56,561 nt of DNA from a virus (taxonomy: Duplodnaviria > Caudoviricetes): the IMG/VR virus record IMGVR_UViG_3300031539_000035, positions 1-56,561 of that record. One strand, given 5' to 3'. The position numbers and the translations under genes were made by a program. The notes under the pieces were generated by a model. The model did no database searches. It was not told the DNA's origin and saw nothing but the letters and a program-made list of their open reading frames with translations. Of the stretch, positions 10,734 to 18,553 are shown piece after piece (position 1 is the stretch's first letter; each line of letters starts with the position of its first letter).

Positions 10734-11093
10734 ATGGAAAGCAACACGGTATTACGGGTCGCGGGCACGTCAAACCCGCGCAAGTTGGCTGGCGCGATCG
10801 CTCATGGATTGCGCCAGTACAAAGAGATCGAGATGGTGGCGTGCGGGGCGCTGGCGGTAAATCAGGCAGTGAAAGGTATCTGTGTGGCCCGGCAATATCT
10901 GGAGCCGGACGGCTATGACTTGGTGAGCCAGCCAGCCTTCACTATTTTGGATCCCGAAGCGGCTGAGCATCGCACGGCGATCCGCTTTTGGCTCACGCTC
11001 TCAGATCGCTGGGGCCCAGTCCAGCCCTTACGGCGGGTAGAGCGGACGCCGCTTCTAGGGGACTGCACTCCATTGGGGGCGGCTGATGCTTAG
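10734..11093 (+). CDS. spoVS: SpoVS family protein
   Basis: VLRVAGTSNPRKLAGAIA..EMVACGALAVNQAVKGICVARQYLEPDGYDLVSQPAF..TAIRF closely matches the SpoVS consensus; GGAGG SD. Confidence 0.9.
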   Translation: MESNTVLRVAGTSNPRKLAGAIAHGLRQYKEIEMVACGALAVNQAVKGICVARQYLEPDGYDLVSQPAFTILDPEAAEHRTAIRFWLTLSDRWGPVQPLRRVERTPLLGDCTPLGAADA

Positions 11094-11949
11094 CACCTAC
11101 TGCGATAACCCGATGGGCCACGATCCGCGCCCAGAACTGATAGAGGATCACGAGCGGTGGGAGGTGCTCCTGCTGGTGGCTGAGCGCGCCTGCGTCGACG
11201 ACCGCACGCTAGTACACGTTCTGCATACGATGCGTTGCCTAGGGGCTGGACTGGTGGAGGAAGGAGCTGGCCTGCGCATTGTGCCGGGCGAGATCCTGGC
11301 GGCCGAGTACGGGGCGCTGAAAGCCAAGTGGCTGATACCGCACTTGCGAGAACTCAGTGACGTACTCATTCTGGCGAAGCAGCGGCTGGAGGGCATTGGG
11401 CGGGGCTGCCCGATCTGTGCTGGACAGATGAAGCAGCGGCCCAATGCGATGCGCGTCTGCGATCGGTGCGGTATTGCGGACTTGCGGCGTGGTACGTGAG
11501 TAGCGGGATGCCGGGCGCTCCAAGCGCATATGGTCATCTTTGGAGCCTCCGGAAGGCAGGAGCCCCGGCATCCCAGGGAGGAATAGCGTGGCGTTCTGGG
11601 AGGTATTTCTAGCCTGTGTCTTAGGTGGGGTGATTGGCGGCGTGTTCGCGCTCATGCTTTGGGGCTGGGTATGCGACGCGCGGGAGGAATAGCGATGCGC
11701 GTGATGATCCATGGTTACGTGTACGATACAGTGAAGGCGGAGAAAATCGCCGAACTGGGTTGGGCCACTCTTATGAGGGGTGAACAACTGTACTTTTTGG
11801 CGCGGCTTGCTGGGGATGTTGTTACCCTCAACAGGGAGGAAGCCTTTAACTATTATCAGGAAGCTGTGAGAGGCGTAGACTATCTACCTAAACGATTTGC
11901 CGTGTACATGGATGAAAAAGCCGCGTTCGGGGAAGTCGAGGAGGCGTGA
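11086..11949 (+). CDS. hypothetical genes (11086-11499 with C-terminal Zn ribbon, 11588-11692 small membrane protein, 11695-11949)
   Basis: SD motifs; CPIC..CDRC; hydrophobic 34-aa ORF. Confidence 0.55.
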
Positions 11950-11973
11950 GCGGCAAGACAATTCCTCGGGCTA

Positions 11974-12002
11974 TTGACAATGATAGCATGATGTGGTACA
12001 AT
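11974..12002 (+). promoter_or_regulatory. sigma70 promoter of the Y RNA / Ro60 unit
   Basis: TTGACA-17-TACAAT with TGn; predicted start site ~12009-12010 coincides with the 5' end of the tRNA-like RNA. Confidence 0.8.
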
Positions 12003-12009
12003 GCTCATT

Positions 12010-12133
12010 GTGGACGTAGCTCAACGGCAGAGTGCCTAAACGCCCTCGCCAAATCCTTACCCGATTACGGGTCGGCTGGATGAGGGTTACCACTTGAAAT
12101 GGGGTGATGCAGGTTCAACTCCTGCCGTCCACA
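12010..12133 (+). ncRNA. tRNA-like Y RNA (YrlA-like, in tRNA order)
   Basis: Acceptor GTGGACG/CGTCCAC, D arm GCTC-AACGGCA-GAGT, T arm GCAGG-TTCAACT-CCTGC; ~53 nt structured insert in the anticodon arm with CTTACCCG/CGGGTCG Y-stem-like helix; adjacent to Ro60. Confidence 0.7.
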
Positions 12134-12139
12134 ATGAGC

Positions 12140-12234
12140 GTCGGGGTCGATCTTATCCGATGCGTCGTGTGATAGTCGGGCCGGCTGACTACGGTTATCA
12201 GGATAAATACCCGTGGTCAATACATTTGCCCGAC
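12140..12234 (+). ncRNA. second Y RNA-like ncRNA
   Basis: Ends pair (GTCGGGGTCGA / TTTGCCCGAC) with a GGTCGA bulged-C motif; internal TTATCC/GGATAA and TAGTCGG/CTGACTA helices; followed by a T-tract. Confidence 0.6.
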
Positions 12235-12255
12235 TTTTTCTTTTGGGGAGGAACG

Positions 12256-13842
12256 ATGAACTACGGGCGACACTATTCGACGTTGGAGACGCCGCAGTCG
12301 GAGCCGCTGGCGGGCCAGGTCCAGAACTCGGCCGGGGGCCACGCCTATCCGGTGGACGATTGGGTGCGGCTGGACAGGTTCCTGATCCTCGGCTCGGAGG
12401 GAGGCTCGTACTATGCCACCGAGCACAAGTTGACTCGCGACAACGCCAAGGCGGTCGAGCGGTGTATTGCTGCGGATGCCGCTCGCGTCGTGCGGCGGGT
12501 GGTCGAGATCAGCGATTCCGGCAGGGCCGCGAAGAACGATCCGGCCCTGTTCGCCTTGGCGCTATGCACCACGTCTGCGGCCAAGGCGGACGCTTTCGCC
12601 GCGCTGCCCAAGGTGGCGCGCATTGGCACCCATCTCTACCATTTTGCTGAGTACGTCGAGGGCTTTCGCGGCTGGGGACGCGGCCTGCGCACGGCGGTTG
12701 CCAGGTGGTACGACGAGAAGTCGGTTGAGAATCTGTCCTACCAGGTGATCAAGTACCGTCAGCGGGACGGCTGGACGCACCGGGATATGCTGCGGCTGTC
12801 GCACCCGAAGAGCGCGCGCAATAACGCTGTCTACCACTGGATCACCAAGGGGGAGTCCGCCGGGTTACCGCTGATCGATGCGTACGTGAAGGCGGCGGCG
12901 GCGGAGACTGAGAAGGAAGTCGTCTCGCTTATCGAGGGGTACGGATTGCCCTGGGAGGCCATCGATACCAAGTGGTTGGGATCCGCCGCTGTCTGGGGTG
13001 CGCTCTTGCCACACCTTCCGGCGATGGCCATGGTTCGCAACCTGGGGCGGATGACGGCCAACGGCCTGTTGGGCCCCTTTGCCGACGCGAACAAGCGCGT
13101 TCTGTCCGTGCTGACCGGGGAACTACCGCGCGTGCACCCGTTCGCCGTTCTGTTGGCGCTGAAGACCTACGCGCAGGGGCATGGGATGAAGGGATCCCTC
13201 AACTGGCAGCCCGTTTCGGCCATTGTGGACGCTCTCGACGCGGCTTTCTATAATGCGTTTGGTAACGTGACGCCGACCAACAAGCGGATCGTGCTCGCCA
13301 TTGACGTGTCCGGATCGATGGATAGCCCGATGATGGGGTCTCCTCTGACGTGCCGGGAGACGGCGGCGGCGATGGCGCTCATCACGGCGCGGACCGAGCC
13401 GCAGCACGAGATCATGGCGTTCGCGGAACGGTTCGTGCGGCTGGAGATCTCACCGCGAGAGAGGCTGGACGACGTGGTGAACAAGACAGCCGCGTTGCGG
13501 ATGGGGGGCACCGACTGCGCTCTGCCGATGATGTGGGCGCTTGGATACGATGAGAAGATGGATAGTTACAGGGATAGCGGCTACGAGAAGAAGCGGCAGT
13601 CGATCTACAAGGCGGATGCGTTCGTGGTCTACACCGACTCTGAGACCTGGTGCGGGGCCATCCACCCGACGCAGGCGTTGGCAAAGTATCGCAAGGAATC
13701 GGGAATCAACGCCAAGTTGGCGGTTGTGGCCATCGTGCCCAACGAGTTCAGCATTGCGGATCCGAACGATGGTGGGATGATGGACGTGTGCGGTTTCGAC
13801 ACTGCGGCGCCCGGGATCATCGGCGACTTTGTGGGGAGTTGA
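12256..13842 (+). CDS. rsr: Ro60 / Rsr TROVE-vWA RNA-binding protein
   Basis: QVQNSAGG, RLDRFLILGSEGGSYYA, KYRQRDGWTHRDMLRLSHP, RNLGRMT, MIDAS DVSGSM, GGTDCALPM, YTDSETW, DVCGFD; GGAGG SD before ATG 12256. Confidence 0.96.
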   Translation: MNYGRHYSTLETPQSEPLAGQVQNSAGGHAYPVDDWVRLDRFLILGSEGGSYYATEHKLTRDNAKAVERCIAADAARVVRRVVEISDSGRAAKNDPALFALALCTTSAAKADAFAALPKVARIGTHLYHFAEYVEGFRGWGRGLRTAVARWYDEKSVENLSYQVIKYRQRDGWTHRDMLRLSHPKSARNNAVYHWITKGESAGLPLIDAYVKAAAAETEKEVVSLIEGYGLPWEAIDTKWLGSAAVWGALLPHLPAMAMVRNLGRMTANGLLGPFADANKRVLSVLTGELPRVHPFAVLLALKTYAQGHGMKGSLNWQPVSAIVDALDAAFYNAFGNVTPTNKRIVLAIDVSGSMDSPMMGSPLTCRETAAAMALITARTEPQHEIMAFAERFVRLEISPRERLDDVVNKTAALRMGGTDCALPMMWALGYDEKMDSYRDSGYEKKRQSIYKADAFVVYTDSETWCGAIHPTQALAKYRKESGINAKLAVVAIVPNEFSIADPNDGGMMDVCGFDTAAPGIIGDFVGS

Positions 13843-13867
13843 CATGGAGGTTTGGATATGATATGAT
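13839..13867 (+). promoter_or_regulatory. sigma70 promoter, probably for a leaderless mRNA
   Basis: TTGACA-17-TATGAT; ATG at 13874 sits at the predicted +1. Confidence 0.65.
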
Positions 13868-13873
13868 ATTCTC

Positions 13874-14326
13874 ATGGACGTAGAGACGGCGGCCAGGGTG
13901 CAAGAGAGCCAGGTAGAGCATGGCGGTGCTTTGCCTGGCTCGCGCCTTCTCACGCGCCGGCAGGTGGCGCAACGTCTGGGGTATAGCGTGAGTTACATGG
14001 CGGTCCTGGCCTGTCATGGCAGGGGGCCCCAGGCTCACGGGCGCATCGGGCGCTCGCTGCTGTATCGGGTGGATGAGGTGGACGCCTGGAGGGCCGCGCA
14101 TCCGCGCAGGTCCGGGGGCAGGCCCAGCAGGCCGCGGGAGTTCGGGCCCGACCAACTGACTCTGAAAGAGGCGGCGGCGCTATTGGGACTGACGCCTGCC
14201 AAGATGGCTAAGCGGATGGCGGACGGGATAGTGGTGCCTGGTGGTAAAATAGCCGGGTCCTGGTGGTTTGACAAGGCGGAGATGGAGGCGCTGCGCGGCG
14301 CTTTGCCGGAGTTGCGCGGGGAGTAG
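13874..14326 (+). CDS. tandem HTH_17 (excisionase/MerR-like) DNA-binding protein
   Basis: LLTRRQVAQRLGYS..YRVDEVDAW and LTLKEAAALLGLT..WWFDKAEM. Confidence 0.75.
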   Translation: MDVETAARVQESQVEHGGALPGSRLLTRRQVAQRLGYSVSYMAVLACHGRGPQAHGRIGRSLLYRVDEVDAWRAAHPRRSGGRPSRPREFGPDQLTLKEAAALLGLTPAKMAKRMADGIVVPGGKIAGSWWFDKAEMEALRGALPELRGE

Positions 14327-14330
14327 AGGG

Positions 14331-14352
14331 GGGCCGGAGACGGCCCTTTTTT
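14331..14352 (+). terminator. intrinsic terminator
   Basis: GGGCCG-GAGA-CGGCCC-TTTTTT. Confidence 0.8.
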
Positions 14353-14355
14353 GAT

Positions 14356-14604
14356 ATGGACGATTTCGGTGCTATCTGCGAGGCATACGGTAATCGCTGT
14401 CTGCGGTGCGGGTCCGAAGTGGACTTGACGCGGGATCACGTGCTGCCGCGCAGCCGTGGCGGGAGCGATGCGGTGGCCAACATCCAGCCGCTCTGTCGGC
14501 GGTGCAACAGCGTGAAGGGCGTGGGTGAGACGGACTACCGACCCGGGGCGGAAGTGAACCAGGCGCACTTTATCCTGGAGTTCTATCTGGGCGGGCGAAG
14601 ATGA
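14356..14604 (+). CDS. HNH endonuclease (packaging-associated)
   Basis: CLRC..DHVLPRSRGG..NIQPLCRRCN; upstream of the terminase. Confidence 0.85.
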   Translation: MDDFGAICEAYGNRCLRCGSEVDLTRDHVLPRSRGGSDAVANIQPLCRRCNSVKGVGETDYRPGAEVNQAHFILEFYLGGRR

Positions 14605-14706
14605 GGACCGTCTCCTTGCAGTGCCTAGCTGGCATGGGAGTAGATCCGCGGCGGACTGAGGGCACTGTGCGCTGGCTGGGAACCCCCATGCAAGCTCAGG
14701 ACCCCC

Positions 14707-15348
14707 ATGCAAGAAAATAATAAACGCTGTGGTGCCAGGACGCGGGGCCAGACCCCGTGCCGTAACTGGGCCATGCCCAACGGGCGCTGTCGGATGCATG
14801 GGGGCATGACGCCAGGAGGCATGGCGTTACCGCAATTCAAGCATGGTCGCTACAGCAAGTACCTGCCGGCGCGCCTTGTGGACCGCTATCAGGCGGGGCG
14901 GTCGGACCCCGAGCTGTTGGCCATGCGCGACGAGATCGCAGCGCTTGACGCCCGCCTGAGCGAACTGCTGGAGCGTGTGGATAGCGGCGAAAGCGGGCTG
15001 TTATGGATAGCTCTGCGAGATGCTTGGACAGAGCTACAGGAGGCACGCCGGGCTGGGGACAACTTGAAGCTGGCCGCGGCCCTAACCATGGTTGGGGATC
15101 TCATCGAGCAGGGCTTTGACGACCGCGCAGCATGGGCGGACGTGCTGGCCCTATTTCAGGATCGCCGGCGACTGGTGGAATCCGAGCGTCGGCGTCTGGT
15201 GGATCTGCAGCAGATGATCACAGCCGAGCAGGCCATGACCTTCCTGGCGGCCATCACCGATGCGGTGAAGAAGCATGTCGATGACCGAGACACTCTGGCG
15301 GCCATCAGCGCCGACCTTATTCGACTCACTGTTGCGCCAAGCCGCTAA
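14707..15348 (+). CDS. terminase small subunit (HGGxSTG-type N-terminus)
   Basis: CGARTRGQTPC..NGRCRMHGG, KHGRYSKYL; directly upstream of TerL. Confidence 0.75.
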   Translation: MQENNKRCGARTRGQTPCRNWAMPNGRCRMHGGMTPGGMALPQFKHGRYSKYLPARLVDRYQAGRSDPELLAMRDEIAALDARLSELLERVDSGESGLLWIALRDAWTELQEARRAGDNLKLAAALTMVGDLIEQGFDDRAAWADVLALFQDRRRLVESERRRLVDLQQMITAEQAMTFLAAITDAVKKHVDDRDTLAAISADLIRLTVAPSR

Positions 15349-16843
15349 CGGTCTTCTCGGTAACGGACATTTCAGCCAGACCTACCGCGACGATCCCGTG
15401 GCATGGGTCCGCGACTGCATCGACTGGAAGCAAGGCGAGGGGCCGGCCGCCTACCAGAACGAGATATTGGCCGCTCTACAGGAACACAAGCGCGTCGCCG
15501 TGCGGGCTCCTCACGGCAGTGGGAAAACCGCGATCGCCTCCTGGGCGCTCCTGTGGCTGGCCACTACCAGAGATGGCGACGACTGGAAGGTGCTAACAAC
15601 GGCCTCCGCTTGGCGGCAGCTTGTCTACTTCCTCTGGCCGGAAGTACACAAGTGGATACGGCAACTGCGCTGGGACAAGCTGGGCCGGGCGCCCTTCCGA
15701 GAGGGGCACGAACTTCTCGGATCGGCACTACGTCTCAGCACTGGCGAGGCGTTCGCCGTAGCAAGCGACAAGAGCGAGAACATCGAGGGCGCCCACGCGA
15801 CGCACCTGGCCTATATCTACGATGAGGCCAAGGCCATCCCCGACGCGATATGGGACGGCACCGAGGGCGCGTTCAGCAGTGCCAGCAAGGGCGGAGACGC
15901 CGAGGCCCTGGCGCTGGCCATCAGCACGCCGGCCGGCAAGCGGGGCCGATTCTACCAGATATGCTCGCACCAACCAGGTTACGAGGATTGGTGGACGCGG
16001 CACATCACCGTCGAGGAGACGATCTCCGCTGGCCGCGTGAGCGCCGAATGGGTGGAGCAGCGCAAGCTTCAGTGGGGAGCCGATAGCGGCGTCTACCGCA
16101 ACCGCGTTCTGGCCGAGTTCGCCGAAGAGGGCAACGTCGGCGTCATCCCAATGGAATGGCTGGAGGCGGCGAACGCGCGCTGGCAAGAGTGGCGCGAGGC
16201 GGGTTTCCCCGGTACGCTGACCGCTCTGGGCGCGGACTTTGGCGAGTATGCCGTTGGTGGGGATGCCACAACCATCGCCTTGTGCTACAATCACATCAAG
16301 ATCAAAGAGGTGCTGGTGCTGAGCGAGGCGCCGTCTAACGCGGTGCTGGCTCAGGCGGTGGAGGTCCTCACGCGGCTGTTGCAGGATCATCCTAGCGCGG
16401 TGGCTCTACCGGATACCATCGGCCTGGGGGCTGGCGTGCATCAGATGCTCGTGGCGAGGCGATTGCGCAGCAGGCCGTTCGTGGCCTCACGAGGGGTTGA
16501 CTTGCTGGACGAAGCGGGGCTCTATGGGTTCGCCAACGCCCGCAGCGCGGCTTGGTGGACGGTGCGCGAGATGCTGGACCCGAAGAACGGGCTGGACGTC
16601 TGCATCCCGGACGACGACCGGCTGACGGGCGAGTTGCTGGCACCTGGATACAGCGTGACCGGGCGGGCGGTCTACCAGGTGGAGCCGAAGTTGAGCATCC
16701 GGCGCAGGCTCGGGCGCTCGACGGACTTGGCGGACTCGGTGGTGCAGGCGCTGGCGGGGCCGGCGATCTGCGATCACCTGGACTCGCTGGACTCTGGCGA
16801 GGGGATGCTGATGCGAGCGCCGGACTACTGGGCGCGGTACTGA
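15275..16843 (+). CDS. terminase large subunit
   Basis: Walker A APHGSGKT, Walker B YIYDEA, motif III ISTP, nuclease GAD..D and RSTDLADS. Confidence 0.93.
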   Translation: MSMTETLWRPSAPTLFDSLLRQAANGLLGNGHFSQTYRDDPVAWVRDCIDWKQGEGPAAYQNEILAALQEHKRVAVRAPHGSGKTAIASWALLWLATTRDGDDWKVLTTASAWRQLVYFLWPEVHKWIRQLRWDKLGRAPFREGHELLGSALRLSTGEAFAVASDKSENIEGAHATHLAYIYDEAKAIPDAIWDGTEGAFSSASKGGDAEALALAISTPAGKRGRFYQICSHQPGYEDWWTRHITVEETISAGRVSAEWVEQRKLQWGADSGVYRNRVLAEFAEEGNVGVIPMEWLEAANARWQEWREAGFPGTLTALGADFGEYAVGGDATTIALCYNHIKIKEVLVLSEAPSNAVLAQAVEVLTRLLQDHPSAVALPDTIGLGAGVHQMLVARRLRSRPFVASRGVDLLDEAGLYGFANARSAAWWTVREMLDPKNGLDVCIPDDDRLTGELLAPGYSVTGRAVYQVEPKLSIRRRLGRSTDLADSVVQALAGPAICDHLDSLDSGEGMLMRAPDYWARY

Positions 16844-16855
16844 GGAGATAGTATA

Positions 16856-17444
16856 ATGACAACCGAGGTTGGATACTTGGCACTATCAGAGGATCGGTTG
16901 CTCAGAAGGCTTGATGATGCTGGTGGCCGGCCAAAGTGGAAGATTATCCGCCGGCCAGACGAGTTGACTGACGAGGAGGCTGCCGGGTTCCGGGGGAAAG
17001 CCATCCTCGCCTACTTTTATAAGCAGGGCTATATTGATGGCAAAGAGCGTTCACAAGCAATCGGCATTGGGTTGGCCTGTGCAGGTCTGCTTCCCGCATT
17101 GATAGCCCTCACTATGATCCTATTATAATGGCGTGACTCAGGATTGAGCACCGGACTACTGGGCGCGATACTGAGAATGTGGTATGATGTGGACATAAGC
17201 AGGGAGGGACAGAATGAGCAATGAGAACGCGAGCGTAGGGGATGGCCTGAGTGAGCCTGAGAAAGTGAGCATGGCCGTGGCTTTGCCAATCTTTTGGAGG
17301 CGAGCGGAGCGTACTGTAGTGCAGGCAACAGAAGGAATGTACAAACTGGGACATGCCTATGAGGTCGCGTCGGCTGCCGTATTGGTGGCGTTCGGCGAGA
17401 TGGCGGAGCAAGCACGTCGGGAACATGCTCAGTTTGATGGGTAG
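16856..17444 (+). CDS. two small hypothetical genes (16856-17128 with C-terminal TM; 17214-17444)
   Basis: SD motifs and ORFs. Confidence 0.55.
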
Positions 17445-17740
17445 GTAGGCCAATGTAGATAGGGGCCTGCCGCACCGAAGTCGGTGGTTATGCCGCCGAT
17501 ACTGGTTACAGGTGTGCGCATCTGTACCCGTAGGTGCGGTGGGCCAGCGCGACGCCGTAAGATACCTGGTGACCCTAGTCCCGGTGACCGGGACCCAGCC
17601 GTCGCTGCAATGCGAGAGCGAGACAGAGTGAAATCGGGGCCCAGGTTGGCGTGCGTTGGTAAGTAGGAGGACGGCGTGCACGGGAGAGCCTACCGGCGGC
17701 ACACCGAGCGCGTAGTCAAGGCGAGAGCGTGCCGCCTATG
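17445..17740 (+). ncRNA. large structured non-coding region
   Basis: Nested helices (e.g. 17469-76/17533-40, 17544-56/17648-59, 17564-69/17641-46, 17578-84/17588-94, 17695-702/17729-36) and GNRA loops; no convincing ORF. Confidence 0.55.
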
Positions 17741-17770
17741 TCGCACACATCAAGAAGGGAGTAAACGCCG

Positions 17771-17953
17771 ATGGGCTTGTTTGGTCAATGGCGCGTCCGG
17801 GAGTTGGAATATCGGGTGGCTTGTCTGAAGTACGACCTAGAGGAGCTAAGGAAGCAGCTGGAGACGAAGGGGCTGTTGGTACCCGAAAGGAAGCCGCCGG
17901 AGATCAGGCCCAATCCGCATCTCATGGGACCAGATCACTATCGTGGGCGCTGA
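17771..17953 (+). CDS. small hypothetical protein
   Basis: AAGGGAG SD; coiled-coil. Confidence 0.5.
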   Translation: MGLFGQWRVRELEYRVACLKYDLEELRKQLETKGLLVPERKPPEIRPNPHLMGPDHYRGR

Positions 17954-18032
17954 CAGGTCCGTGATCACCAGCACGCCCGGCCCTGTGCATTGGGTCGGGG
18001 GGCCTCCGCAGCTGTTGCCGGAGGTCATATAC

Positions 18033-18371
18033 ATGCCGTCAAGGTATCTGCCCGCTTGCCTCATCCCGCCAGGACGAACCATCGCCAACGAACTGGAGGC
18101 CCGCGGCTGGAGCCAGTGTCACCTCGCCGAGGCCATGGGCTGCGCGGAGGAGACCGTGAGCGGGATCGTTGACAGGCAGGAGGCGATCACCCCCGAGACG
18201 GCGGGGCAGCTGGCCAGCGCCTTCGGTACCTCGGCGGAGTTCTGGACCAACCTGGAGGCCAACTACCGCCGGGGTCTAGGTTGGCGTGCGCTGGTAGGCG
18301 TGACTGGCAATGCGCATGAAGGGCGCCAGGTGCACGAGCAAAAGGAAAAAAGCATTAGTAGTATCTACTAA
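18033..18371 (+). CDS. higA: HigA-family antitoxin-like Xre HTH protein
   Basis: PPGRTIANELEARGWSQ..LAEAMG..ITPETA.QLASAFGTSAEFWTNLEANY; GGAGGT SD before ATG 18033. Confidence 0.82.
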   Translation: MPSRYLPACLIPPGRTIANELEARGWSQCHLAEAMGCAEETVSGIVDRQEAITPETAGQLASAFGTSAEFWTNLEANYRRGLGWRALVGVTGNAHEGRQVHEQKEKSISSIY

Positions 18372-18553
18372 TGTAATTTTCCTTTTGCTCATCAGTAGGG
18401 GCCTTACTGGCAGAAGTTTCGGCACTGATTGGCTACCGGCGGGGTCTCTCGGGGCTGGTATACTGATCTATGGAGAATGGCTCTTGTTCTATAACTTTGG
18501 GCGCCGATGTGAAAAGATTGTGAACTCACAAACCGGGGGGCTTGGAGGCAGGT

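Noticed and set aside
12010-12133. Ordinary tRNA-Ser(UGA) or tRNA-Sec
   Set aside because: 53-nt insert, short variable arm and no CCA; the loop is CTTGAAA, not the Sec CTTCAAA
12094-12255. N-terminal extension of Ro60 in the ORF track
   Set aside because: Overlaps the ncRNAs; the SD and homology start at ATG 12256
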